From Octopus sinensis (taxonomy: Eukaryota): 64,000 nt of DNA. Positions 51,835 to 64,000 of this stretch are shown piece by piece (position 1 is the stretch's first letter; every line of letters starts with the position of its first letter). Location of the stretch: assembly GCF_006345805.1 (NCBI RefSeq), contig NC_043015.1, positions 53,382,001 to 53,446,000 of the forward strand, given 5' to 3'. Under the pieces are notes generated by a model that was not told the DNA's origin, ran no database searches, and saw only the letters and a program-made list of their open reading frames with translations. Made by a program: the position numbers and the translations under genes.

Positions 51835-51869
<35 letters not shown>

Positions 51870-52026
51870 GATGTGTGCGTGCAATGTGTGTGTATGGATG
51901 TATATGTTTACATATACATATATATATATACGTGTATATCAATACACATATATATGCCTATATATATATATATATTCTAATATATGTTTCAGTAGGAATT
52001 CTCACACATGCACACACACACACACG

Positions 52027-52058
<32 letters not shown>

Positions 52059-52599
52059 CTTATACATACAAGGATACATATGTGTGTATGTAGCCGTTTA
52101 CTGTGTATACATATCTGAAGATGACTATGCGTCCGCCAGTAGAGCGTTAGTAGATAATACGTCGTCGAAACTTTTTGCGTTGTGTATTGAATGTTTGAAA
52201 CAAAAAATAAGGTTATTCTGATTTCCCTTTCCCCATCTCAAGCTAGAATTCCCGTTCTAGATTACCATCTGGTTTAGGGAAGATCTAACTGCCACGCCTT
52301 CTGCTTCGCATATAATAAGTTTACTATTACACAATTTTGCATTTTTTTCTTGCGTGTGCAGTTTGTCTCTATTAATATTTAACCATATAACATTTCTCGC
52401 CAAGGGGCACAGCTGTATTTCAGTTTTAAGTTGATCCTGTTAAATAACTACATCTGGCATATGCACAGTAGCACAATACTAAAAATCACATATGAAGTTG
52501 TCTCAATCAGGTGCTGTGGAATAATTTTTTAAAATTTGCTCACAAAAACGTTAGATTTATTTAACAACGTCATGGTATAACTGATAATGAAGTATAAAT

Positions 52600-53050
52600 C
52601 CTTATACTGCTTCAAATTCACCAATTTTTTTGTGAAAAGAATTCAAACTGCTAGTATCCTTCACATCATAATTATTGTGGGGAAAAGTTCGAATCCCAAC
52701 TGTATATTTGATAGTAAGTTGAGACCGATTGATTGGTTCAAGCAAATGTCAGCGCGTCGACCAATATTTACATTAAATACATTAAAAGCAGATTATCCAG
52801 AGACGATGATCTGGCCGTATCATGCAAACCAATGTACGCACACTATATAGATCCAGGAAAGGCCTTTCTCAAAAGTTTTTATCTTGTTCTCAAAACAGAA
52901 ATTACTGACCTAATAGTTGTAAATTTGTTTTAATAACATCCAAATTTATTCCTGTATTGAAATAAACCTTACAGTAAATCAGATGAAAATTTAACGTTTG
53001 TTAACATCGATTGGGGACGCCCACCAAACTAGACTTTGAAAATAATTCTA
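52600..53050 (-). pseudogene. Possible highly decayed PLE RT remnant
   Basis: Broken-frame EQDKNF*ERPFLDLY resembles the PLE E.E....LPFLD motif; weak. Confidence 0.25.
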
Positions 53051-53407
53051 CAAACATTAGATGGGAGATATCTTATTGAGCATAGACAAGGGGAAGCTCA
53101 TAATCATAATTATGTTTCTATATGTAACAGGCATGAGTATGAGTATTCAACAATTAACAATAACGAATGAAAAGCAACGCTCGCGTGGTAAACATTATCG
53201 ACCGCTCATACTGAATGTACGTGTTTGTGTTTTGTATGTGTTTTGCTTGTTCGCCGGTTCACAGGTGTATAGAACTTTGGGGTCGACTCCCTCATAACAC
53301 CAGATGTTAAATCACCGGAAATTCATTGGCAGGTGATACGACTCGCCTCGGATCGAAATCAGGAGAGGTCGATACCGATATTTCGTCATTCTTGTGGCTT
53401 AAGGGCA

Positions 53408-53780
53408 AACGTGGATGTGTGTTAAAAAATCTACTTCTCAACCACATATAGGGCAAGTGTTTTCTATTATAACTTGCGAGTGGATTTGGTAGATGGAAGC
53501 TTAGAGAAACCCGTCATATATACATATATATAAATATACATATATTGATGTGTATGTGCGTGCGTGGGTTTTTGTGTGTATAGGTGAGACTTTGTGTCTG
53601 TATTTGTGCCCCAATCACTGCTTGACAAGCAGTGCCCTCCTAACTTAGAGATTCAGTTTAAGCGACCGATAGATTAAGTACAAGTTTTTAAAAATAAACC
53701 TCCTAGTGTCGATTCGTTCGACTAAAATTCCTCAAGGCAGCGAAACAAGATAAAAAAAACAAGTAAAAGATAAAAAATAA
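53408..53780 (+). mobile_element. Decayed SINE family 1
   Basis: gggcaagtgttttctattata..gagtggatttggtag..internal microsatellite..accgatagattaagtac. Confidence 0.65.
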
Positions 53781-54074
53781 AAGATAATTAGTGATAAAAA
53801 AATAAAAAAATGTGTTCGGTTATTAGGAATATTACAGAAGTAGTTTACTGCTCCACTCGTAACATGATAACTATAACTCAGACGCAAACAAATTTCAGGT
53901 GGTTAACTACACGTGCAACCACTCGAATTCATGTTAATACATTCTATCACTCAGTGCTTAAGTGATAAAATATAGCTCGGATGCACATATAATTTTTATA
54001 TAACATATACATACACATATATATATTATATATATATATATAGATATATATATATATATACATACAAACATACA

Positions 54075-54120
<46 letters not shown>

Positions 54121-54128
54121 CATATAAC

Positions 54129-54173
<45 letters not shown>

Positions 54174-54515
54174 CATGTATATATATATTTAATTTATATT
54201 TATATCACACACATTCATATATATCATAAAAATCGTATTGTGTGTTACGTAAACGTAACTACTCTAGAAAGCGCGAGCGCTTACATTTGAACGTTAGATA
54301 ACAAATTAATGTAGCACAATATAAGTCGTATATATTCGCTCAGATATACAAAAAAGAACACTAAAACAAAATTGGTAAGCTACAAATAACATTTACAATA
54401 ACATAAAATTGATTCGGTGGAAACTCTTTGCGTATCAACACGCGCACGCACACACTAACATGCGCGCACACACATCAATACATGTATATATATATATACA
54501 CATAAACACACACCA

Positions 54516-54546
<31 letters not shown>

Positions 54547-55914
54547 ATATATATATATACGACGGATTTCTTTCAGCTACCAAATCCTCTCTCATCGGAA
54601 CAAAATTAAATATGCACCGGTGGTGATGAGAGTAACCTCAATATAAATAACGACAAAACATCGGCTAATTATCTAAACACGAGATCAGAACTGTTCACAA
54701 ATTGCAGAATGTTTGAAAAGGATCGTCTTAAATTATGGAAACTTGCCTCACATCTGAATACAGAGGAAGAAAACTGAATAATCCAAACATTTTTTATTAT
54801 AAGCAAATTTAAATCGAACAACTCAAGTGATGCTATTTGGAAACAAAAGACAAAATATTTTAATCTTTTACTCTTCTATCTACAATAATTATCTACTATA
54901 ATAATATATTTTTGTTTTTCCCCGTCACAACATATAAATGAGAAAAGAAAGGGTGATGCAAAAATAGTGGGATGGTGAATATTCAACACTGAAATGGAAA
55001 AATCAAACAACATTTCAACTCTGTGCGAGTATATGTGTTTATGTGAGTGTGTACGTGTGGTGTGTGTATGTGTGTGTGTATAATATGTGTATGGCTGTAT
55101 AATATATATATATATATATATATAACTCTATATATATACGTATATATCTATGCACGTATATATGCATATATATAATATCTTTATACGTATATATATATCG
55201 AAGAAAACAAAATGGTTCAAGAACGTAACAGGCGACTACAAAACATCCAGACAGTTAGAATATGCAATAAGGACAGGAAAAAGCAAGTACGGGTCATTCA
55301 GAGCTTCCTATCCTCAGTCAAATCCCATATTATCTTAGCAGTTTCGGCCGGTTACGTTCGAGACTGCTCCAATCTGGCTGGTCCCAAGAAAATATAAGCT
55401 GAGAGCACTAGATTCCTTAGAAGAAAGCAAGCGAATGTATACGAAAACAAGCACGAAAAAACGAAGAAATGCTACACTGTTACAAATACAAGGAACAGGT
55501 GTCTTTCGATCAAGGACGAATTAAATTAAGCTGGCGTGTGTGGAAGTGAAGCCTTACGGCAGGGATATAAAAGGTGAAAGTCATGGAAAGGTATGTAAGA
55601 GATGCTACATGGATGGAACCAAGAAAGAAAGGTCAGGCTTGGCGGAACACCGGTCACGTGGAAAGAGAGGCGAGAAATAGGGGAAGAGGGATGGAAGAAT
55701 TAGGGAGGGACGAGAAAGAGAGGAAAAGAAAAAAGAAAGGAAAGGGACAGTGAGGTGAAAGAGGAGGAAAAGTGAGAATTAAGGGAAGGACAAGAAATGT
55801 AAGAGAGGGGGAGGCATAAAACGAAAGTGGAAAGAATGAAGAAAGTGTGGAGGGGATTAATAGAATGAGTAAGAGAGTCATACATAATTTATGTGACCGC
55901 GTGTGTACCGTTGG

Positions 55915-56106
55915 CGATTTTTTTCCCTCTGTCTTCCCTTTTCTGGATCTTTCCTTCTCCTATGTTTCCGACGAAGAGCTCCGCTCGAAACGTTAAACCC
56001 TCCTTCTTTCCTTCTTTCCTTCTTTCCTCAGCGTCCAATAATACTATATTTGTTCCACGTCCTCGCCTTGTTGTGTTTTTTTTGTGCTTTCTTGTTTGGA
56101 TTAACT
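55915..56106 (+). mobile_element. Family B PLE tail with hammerhead (55964-55998, U4>C) ending on (TA)n
   Basis: GUUU-CCGACGA-A-GAGC-UCC-GCUC-GAAAC-GUU|AAAC; colinear with 12144-12300. Confidence 0.7.
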
Positions 56107-56107
56107 A

Positions 56108-56162
<55 letters not shown>

Positions 56163-57774
56163 GACATGTATTTATATACAGGAGACCAAAAGTGTACGTA
56201 CGCTGCTATTGCATATATAATAAAGAAAACAAAAAATGGAAGAAGAGCAAATTAGGCGACAACAAAAATCCGGACGGTTATACGATACAAAAAAGGACAG
56301 GACATATATATATATATTTATATGTATATATATAAATATATAGCTCCTAATATATGTTTCTGTAGATATGCGCTCACATTCACAGATACACGCTCGCGTG
56401 CGCACACACACACGTACACACGCATACATATATACTTTCACATACAACTATACATATGTATGTATATAGCCGTTGCGTGTATACATATCTGAAGGTATCT
56501 ATGCGTGCGCCAGTGAAGCTTTAACAGATAATATGTCGTTGAAACTTTTTGCTGTTTCTCTGTAGATATTCTGTTTCAAGTGAGTCTCTTAATCTTGTGC
56601 TTTGGGTATTGCAATTTGATCCCCACTTTATATTGTCTGCATGAAAACAAAATGTAATCTCTGTTGGAGAATTGGCTTAGAATTACTGAAATGGGAAACA
56701 GACCTCAATTTTAACCATCTGACTGTGGGTGTTAATTCATTCTCCTGAATATTTAAATATGATCCTATTTTAACATTGGTGAAATCATGGGGGATTTTAC
56801 TGGGCACTTAATGATGTCGATTCTCAATACGTGGTTATTCCTTAATATTCCAAAAAAAATTAACCAGTCGAGATTAGAACTCACGACTCAAAGTTAATTG
56901 GTTGGTCGTTGTTCCACCGAGTCTCTCCTACCACAGAACTTCAGCATAAGTTGAGACAAAGAAGGATCCGCAGAGTTGTAGTTCGGCTAGTTTTGATTTA
57001 GCAGCAAAACTTGTTTGAAAGTTTGCTTTACTCTCTTTATACAACGAAATGGCCATTGGAAACATCTTGCAAAAGACGAGTCGATCATGGATGGAAAGTC
57101 TTTGATGAAAGGCTGCTTGATCAGTGTTTTAAGCTGGGATTAATAGACAACAAAAACAGCCTGCACAATAACGATGGAATGAAGCCCGCACCAACATGAC
57201 AAAGAATAAAGACCGAAGTTAGTTACGAACCAATCATAAATAAACTAACAACGCAAGAATTAATGAAGTTGGCATTATTAACAGGCAATTAAAAGCTGTT
57301 GAATATTCTGCAAAGAGAGGCACTAAAGCTGTCGCATTTAATCTTATAATCCTTCCAACTAAAAAGATGAATAAATACATAATCTTTTCGAAGATGAATA
57401 GAGAAGTGACCATCAATACTGCAATTCTTTCTTGATCTGAATGATCAATTTCTCGAAAAATTTTTAGCAGACCCTTCCCCCTCCCCCATTATGATATCAT
57501 AATTACACTCGCATCAAAACATAATTAACAACCAAACATGGGATGAACATTCTAGAAAGATTCGCAATCAACGGGACGCCGATATATCAAACGCGTAGCG
57601 ATTCTCGTTTCATATGAATTTGTTATTAAAGCAGCAGACATCAAAGTTAAAATTCACTTAAGTCCTGAACGCAACTATAGTCACGGAAATACTTGTTAGA
57701 ACATTACAGGATTAACGTAGTGCAAGAATTTGTTAATACAATATAGAACAACCATTATTTTGGTCTATTTGTTG

Positions 57775-57900
57775 ACGGTGTTGGACACACGAAAATAAGA
57801 ATCACAGGTTCGATTTCTCGACGAAGCAGTGCATTATCACATTGAGCAAAGCATTTCATTTCACGTTGCTCCAAGTTACACGGATGAAAATGAATAAAAA
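57775..57900 (+). mobile_element. Decayed tRNA-derived SINE family 4
   Basis: caggttcgatttc B box then ttgagcaaagcatttcatttcacgttgctcca; related to 61606. Confidence 0.5.
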
Positions 57901-58098
57901 ATCATGGAGCATTCTTCACTTATTCTGACTGCTACATTGTAAATGTTCCACAGGATACAGCGTGGTGGTGGTGGTGGTGGGTGATTGTGATGGAGTGTTG
58001 CTCGTGATTATTTAGACAAATCAAGAAGCTGAATATATGATGACAAGATACCTCACACGATAGTGGCCACTATCCTTTGTCCTCCCTCTCCCTCTCTG

Positions 58099-58138
<40 letters not shown>

Positions 58139-58144
58139 TAGATC

Positions 58145-58217
<73 letters not shown>

Positions 58218-58539
58218 TTAGATAGATGCACTGAGTCGAGAGGGAAGTTAGTTCTCATGACCTCTCTTCCTTACAGATCCTCCGACATTGGCAAAATTGC
58301 AAACTATCTGGATCCCCGATCTGGGTATTTGAACTGATTGATTGCTTTGTGGTATTCTTATATGTCCGTGTTAGCTAATGGTAGGATTTGAAATCAGAGT
58401 GAAAATAACTATGACGAAAGCCTGAAGGTAACAAGTCGGCAAAATTTGAATTCATAAACCTTTTATCATTTATTTGTTTAAGCGTTTGGACTGAGGCATA
58501 TGAAGTGACAAACCATTTGCAATTGGTAATCGAAATATA

Positions 58540-58719
58540 CTGTATTTTCCGGCATAAAAGTCGAATTTACAATAAAAAAATAAGAACGGCGACTAATACA
58601 CTAAATAAAATTTAGAGGGCCAAACATTCCAGGATTGAGAAATTCACTGACAATGCTTGAATGTTTAGACTACCATGTTTACATTATATCCTGCGTCGAC
58701 TTGTATACCGGAAATACGG
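58540..58719. mobile_element. pogo/Tigger-like MITE
   Basis: TIRs ctgtattttccggcataaaagtcg / revcomp ccgtatttccggtatacaagtcg; TA on the left side. Confidence 0.55.
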
Positions 58720-58810
58720 TTTGTTTTTGTATTTCGGATATTTAAATATATAGTATATTAAATTGTTTTTGATTATAGATGGCACGGAAATTTGAAAAGA
58801 ACCTCTAGAG

Positions 58811-59047
58811 GTTTGCTTCTCAACCGGGTTCTATATGGTCCTTGGGGAATCTTATAAGCTGAAAAAAATCATGTGAAATTAATCGATTGTACTTGTAGAA
58901 TAGAGAAAATTATTTAACACTTTCTTTATACAATTCCTAAAAATAATTATAAAAATATGATAGGATTGCTTTAAGCATCTGAAGGTCCAGTCGTGTAAAA
59001 TAGGAATTAAAAATGGTCCATAGTTAAAAAAGTTTTTGGAACTACAG
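58811..59047. mobile_element. Possible hAT (Charlie-like) MITE
   Basis: 8-bp flanks ctctagag / ctctagat; decayed ttctcaacc terminus. Confidence 0.35.
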
Positions 59048-60273
59048 CTCTAGATTTAATATATAAACAAGGATTTAGTCATGAAGGGACAACAATGTCT
59101 CCTGCAGCTTGAATTAATTTATCTCTTTTGTTTGTGTTGAAATCTGGTGTAACAGACAACTAAGGAATCTTAATTGCGATACTTATGTCGGTGGACACAC
59201 AATAATGAAGCAAGCATTAACAAATGGGGAAATATATCGTATGGATATTTTTGTAGATATGTCAGACATGTTGGTGTATGTGAAGTATGTCTGCTTGGGT
59301 ATGAGTCGTTTTGGCGTAGCCGGTTTGGCGGGAAGGAAAACTGTATCTGGCATAACAAGCTGATCGGGTAGAAATAGCAAAGAAACGTGCCTCAAAAAAA
59401 TAAAAGACATTTTGGAATATGTAAATGTGGACGCATAGTATATGGGAAAGGGAACGATGTGAGTTTCTCTTCGATGGAACGCCATTGTAAGTAAATATAC
59501 CGAATCATGCCAGAGTTGGATTCAAGAAGCAACAACAACAACCACAACAGCAACAACAACAACAACAAAAACAACAACAGCAACAAGTACGATGACGCCA
59601 ACAACAATAAAAATAACAAGTGACAACGAAATATCCTCCTATGGTTTGAACACAATACCTGTGAAATATATATTCTGTCATTTTCCTTCTCTAACCAATA
59701 TATTATTTGGAATAAGTGTCGTTTTTGTTACTTACGCGGAACCTACACAAAACTTTATTGCAATATAGAGAGAGATAATGAAAGCGCTATTAAACGCTAA
59801 TGCTTACGGCATAAATTAATCAACGTGCCATAAATATACTATTAGCCTTTATAAATATCCTAGAAATATGAAACATGGACACACTATTTGACGATCGATA
59901 AAAATTTATTACATTTTATAAAATTATTCGATATATCGTGATTACTTTTTATTATTATTATATGTGCGTTGCATTCAGTAGGATAGATATTTCAGATATA
60001 ATCGATCGTGCGAACGCTATAAGTATTGGATTTAAAGATTCTAGGAATAGAGGAGATTGTTTAAGTAGGACGGGAGAAATTTCAAAGCAGGGAAGTTAGA
60101 CAGTACACGCGCGTATGTATGTATGTATGTATGTATGTATGTATGTATGTATGTATGTATGTATGTATGTATGTATGTATGTAGTTGTACATGTATGTTT
60201 GTACGATTGCATATCTGTATGTGTGTACGTATGCGTGCATCTATGTATGTATCGATCTATCTACCTATATATG

Positions 60274-60321
<48 letters not shown>

Positions 60322-60346
60322 TATATATATATGTATGTACGTATGC

Positions 60347-60393
<47 letters not shown>

Positions 60394-60396
60394 TAT

Positions 60397-60827
60397 AGGC
60401 GCAGGAGTGGCTCTGTGATAAGTAGCTTGCTTACCAATCACATGATCATGGGTTCAGTCCCACTGCGTGGAACCTTGGGCAAGTGTCTTCTACTATAACC
60501 TCGGGCTGACCAAAACCTTGTCAGTGGATTTGGAAGACGGAAACTGGTAGAAGATTGTCGTATATATGTTTCTGTGTTTGTCTGTCTGTGTGTATGTGTG
60601 TATGTGTGTGTATTTGTTTGTGTGTCTGTGTTTGTATCCCCAACATCGCTTGACAACCAATTTTGGTGTGTTTACGTCCCCCTAACTTAGCGGTTCGGCA
60701 AAATAGAGCGAAAGAATAAGTACTAGGCTTACAAACAATAAACTCTGGGGTCGATTTTCCTCGACTACAGATGGTGCTCCAGCATGGCCGCAGTCAAATA
60801 ACTGAAACAAGTAAAAGAATAAAGGAA
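60397..60827 (+). mobile_element. Full-length SINE family 1
   Basis: Colinear with 24992-25408. Confidence 0.85.
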
Positions 60828-60849
60828 TATATATATATATGTATGTATA

Positions 60850-60896
<47 letters not shown>

Positions 60897-60939
60897 TTAT
60901 ATATACATATATATGGGATGACACACGCAAAAGTAGCCT

Positions 60940-61586
60940 GAATTGGCTCACACAAAAACAGCACCCAACCTTTCGTTTGCAAGTGTCATTGTGCTGTTTC
61001 ACCTGAAAAAGGTAGGCTTTTGATCGTTGTACACATGTGAAATGATATGGCTTCCACTTAATCCTTTTCAACACTCGTTGCAACGATGTCTTCCTTATAT
61101 GTAGAATTGCTGCACCAATTCATTTGCTGACGTCTTTCGACTTTCAGTAATCCGTCGATGAATATCCTGAAAATCGGGCGTTCAAACTCTAACGTCTCTC
61201 TTTTGGGGCGTTGTGCACTGATTCCGTTGCACGCCACTTCTTAACCAATATTTGTATCGTTCTCTTTACCTTTAAGCTTTTGCCCGAACCTTGACTTCAG
61301 AATTTTCACGCGATTGCTAAACAGATCCCGTTCTCTCATACGCTCCCACAATCCTTCTGCTATTGACTACATCATCTCGTAGAAAAGGCTACGAATGTTC
61401 ACTAACTGCAATCTTACAATCAACAAAGGAGGTGAAGATGTGGTGAGGATAACGTAAGAAAACAGTCGAAATAACATAATGACACTTGCAAACGAAAGGC
61501 TGGATGCTTTTTCGTGTGATTAATTTTAATTCTTTATCTATACAAAGCTACGGAACCCGGGCCACTTTTTCATGTGCCACCCTCTA
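60940..61586 (-). mobile_element. Rearranged Tc1/mariner-superfamily relic
   Basis: KKWRATESVHNAPK...LHIRKTSLQRVLKRIKWKPYHFTCVQ (HTH..PY motif); TIR-like gccactttttcatgtgccaccctcta at 61561. Confidence 0.5.
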
Positions 61587-61605
61587 AATGTGTGCCTGTG
61601 TCTTT

Positions 61606-61926
61606 GAAGGTGCGTGGATAAGAGGTTATGGTATTTAGTCCACGAACGCAAGGTCTTTAGTTCGATTGCTGGTAAGCGTTGGGTCCTTGAGCAAGACACT
61701 TTATTGATTGTTGCTCCAGTCCTCTCGACCGGCAAAAACGAGTTCTACGTGTAATTCGAAGGGGCAGCCTTGTCACATCCTGAGCTATGCTAAATCTTCC
61801 TGAGAACTACGTCAAGGGTCACGTGTCAGCGAACTGCTTAGACACTTGGAAGTTAATTTCATGAGCAGACTGTTTCCTTGATTGGATCAGCTGAAATACA
61901 CGTCGTGGTAACTGACGGAGCACCAG
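61606..61926 (+). mobile_element. tRNA-derived SINE family 4
   Basis: Head ggtgcgtgg..agttcgatt, then gtccttgagcaagacactttatt..gttgctccagtcc. Confidence 0.6.
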
Positions 61927-62430
61927 TGTGTGTGTATGTGTGTGTTTACGTGAGAGTATGAGTGTGTGTGTCGAGAGAGAGAAAGCGTTTGTAAGTACGT
62001 GTTTGTAATGTATATCACAAATCATTAGCATAGTGATCCACTTATAGGGACTCCTTAAAAACACGTATAATATTTTTTGAAAATATATTAACTACAACTG
62101 TGATAATAGGAAAATATCACCCCTCAAGCACAGACATATGGAAGCACAAACGCGAAGAAACACAAATAGATGTTAAACATGCACATCATGATTCGACGAA
62201 GACAAATACTGCCATATCAAGGAATATTATATTTGTATCAAAATGTGTGTACATGTATGAATAGATATCGGTGGGTAGTTGAGCATGAATCTTTACCTGT
62301 ACCAAGCAATCTATCTCTATATGCATATCTGTGTGTGTATATGCATCAGGGAGTCTATCTGTATGTATATTTCTGTGTACGTATGAATGCGAATTATATA
62401 CGAATGTATACGTACATGTCTGTATGTATC

Positions 62431-62528
62431 TAGTTATCTAGCTATGTAGGTATCTGACTATATATGTATATCTGTATGTATATATATATAATATTATATA
62501 TATATAGTCAGATACCAACATAGCTAGA

Positions 62529-62534
<6 letters not shown>
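62431..62534. repeat. 34-bp inverted repeat (1 mismatch) around a TA-rich spacer
   Basis: tagttatctagctatgtaggtatctgactatata vs tatatagtcagataccaacatagctagataacta. Confidence 0.9.
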
Positions 62535-62592
<58 letters not shown>

Positions 62593-63654
62593 CTGCATAT
62601 CTCTGTATCTATATCTATTGCTTTCGTTCTTTCTTCTTGTCTGTATCAGATCGTCAAATGTAAGATATTTTTAGCATGGAACTCAACCAGATGAAACTGT
62701 TTGCAACATTCATAAATCGTCTATACGTCAAGAATTGTGGCTGAGGAACTTGGACTGACAATTAACAATTGAGTGCAATCACTGAAACGAATCTTGTTTA
62801 AATAGTTCTTAAGTTTCGTTGAAAAAAATAATGTGGCCCATTGAGATGTTATTCGATATTGACACCTTGTCATAAGGAAAACAACCTCAACAAAACATTG
62901 CATTTCATATGGCGACAAAAAGTAATTTCCATGCGGTAGACGATGTCGTTCTGTTCTGTAGCTTCGTTAACGTGAAACATCAAAATATTTTCCGAAACGG
63001 AGTTGCATTAATGAAAAACAATTATCACATTTTGTGGGTAATCAGAGGGAAACAACCACGTCCGTTGTTAAAATTGTAACGGAATTCTAAGTTTAAAGAA
63101 TATAACCAATAAACCGCCCAAACCGCCAACATTTATGCCTATTGTCACGCAGTCCTGAAAGGCCTGTTCTTCTGCATGACAACTCGTGACGATATCAGGT
63201 CACAATAACGCAACAAAATGTTGAAAGTATTTGGCTCCGGAATTCTACCTCAACTAACTACCTGTCATTCCCAGTCTTTCTACAATTGTTTATTACTCTT
63301 TCATATATTTTCCAAGTTTTCGAAAAGCGAATAACAAATTAAAACACCCTCAAAATACTCCATCGGTTTCATGTTCTGAGATGTTCTTAATTGCAAAAAT
63401 TTCAAAGTTTTAAAGATTCTAATTAATAAAACTTTTTATCGGCTGAGATAAGTTACTTCACCTTGATAATTCTAAGAAGCTTGGTTTAATATACAACTAG
63501 CATATTTAAATAATAATAAAATTAATAAAAAAAACTGTATATTTTTTCTGACACCTAGCCAGTTTTACATAATTTCTGAGCAATTCTAATAACTTCAACT
63601 AAAAATTGAAGATTCTTGGACGTTGGTTTTACAATTATTAAGCGTTTCGGTAGT

Positions 63655-63754
63655 NNNNNNNNNNNNNNNNNNNNNNNNNNNNNNNNNNNNNNNNNNNNNN
63701 NNNNNNNNNNNNNNNNNNNNNNNNNNNNNNNNNNNNNNNNNNNNNNNNNNNNNN
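63655..63754. other. Assembly gap (100 N)
   Basis: Run of n. Confidence 1.
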
Positions 63755-64000
63755 TTGGAACGTGGCTATATCGAAAATAACTTTCAACATACATCTACTT
63801 GCAACGAAGTTTGCTGCCTCAAATAACTTGCAGTAATGGTTTTAGACCTCTGGGTTGAGCATTTTTCTCTTCCTCTGTTCTCTTTTCAGTTCATATGTTT
63901 CTTTGTTTTATTTCGCTTATTTTCCCTCAGTTTTTTTGTACATATATTCAGAAAACAAGAAGTCTATAGAGGTGTCAAAAAAACAAAGAATATTTATTTC

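Noticed and set aside
54240-54285. Two small adjacent hairpins (gttacg/cgtaac, aagcgc/gcgctt)
   Set aside because: 6-bp stems are expected by chance.
56960-57470. L1/Tx1-like RT hints (EP..KL..I..G)
   Set aside because: No YADD or QG motif visible.
58271-58325. Possible short exon (ttacag|ATCC...TGG|gtat)
   Set aside because: Weak donor, no partner exons; peptide uninformative.

Overview
AT-rich, repeat-saturated eukaryotic DNA with no recognisable host exon, RNA gene or CRISPR array. The (TA)n/(CA)n/(TATC)n/(TAA)n load and the tRNA-derived SINE families suggest an octopus/cephalopod intergenic or intronic region (inference). Almost all ORFs in the track are microsatellite translations. Real coding content is transposon-derived. 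It includes a nearly intact Penelope-like element (PLE) on the minus strand at about 9203-12130, with RT and a C-terminal GIY-YIG endonuclease in one frame split by a single TAG. It also includes CR1-type, RTE-type and RLE (R4/Dong-like) LINE fragments, several mariner/Tc1 relics, MITEs and many SINEs. The most striking signal found by eye is about ten type-I hammerhead ribozyme motifs with a full or near-full core, plus decayed copies, from several distinct families. Most have self-complementary stem III (dimer type) and sit in retroelement 3' tails that end on (TA)n tracts. There are also recurrent fold-back duplications centred on (TA)n. All structures were read by eye; no folding or database search was run.
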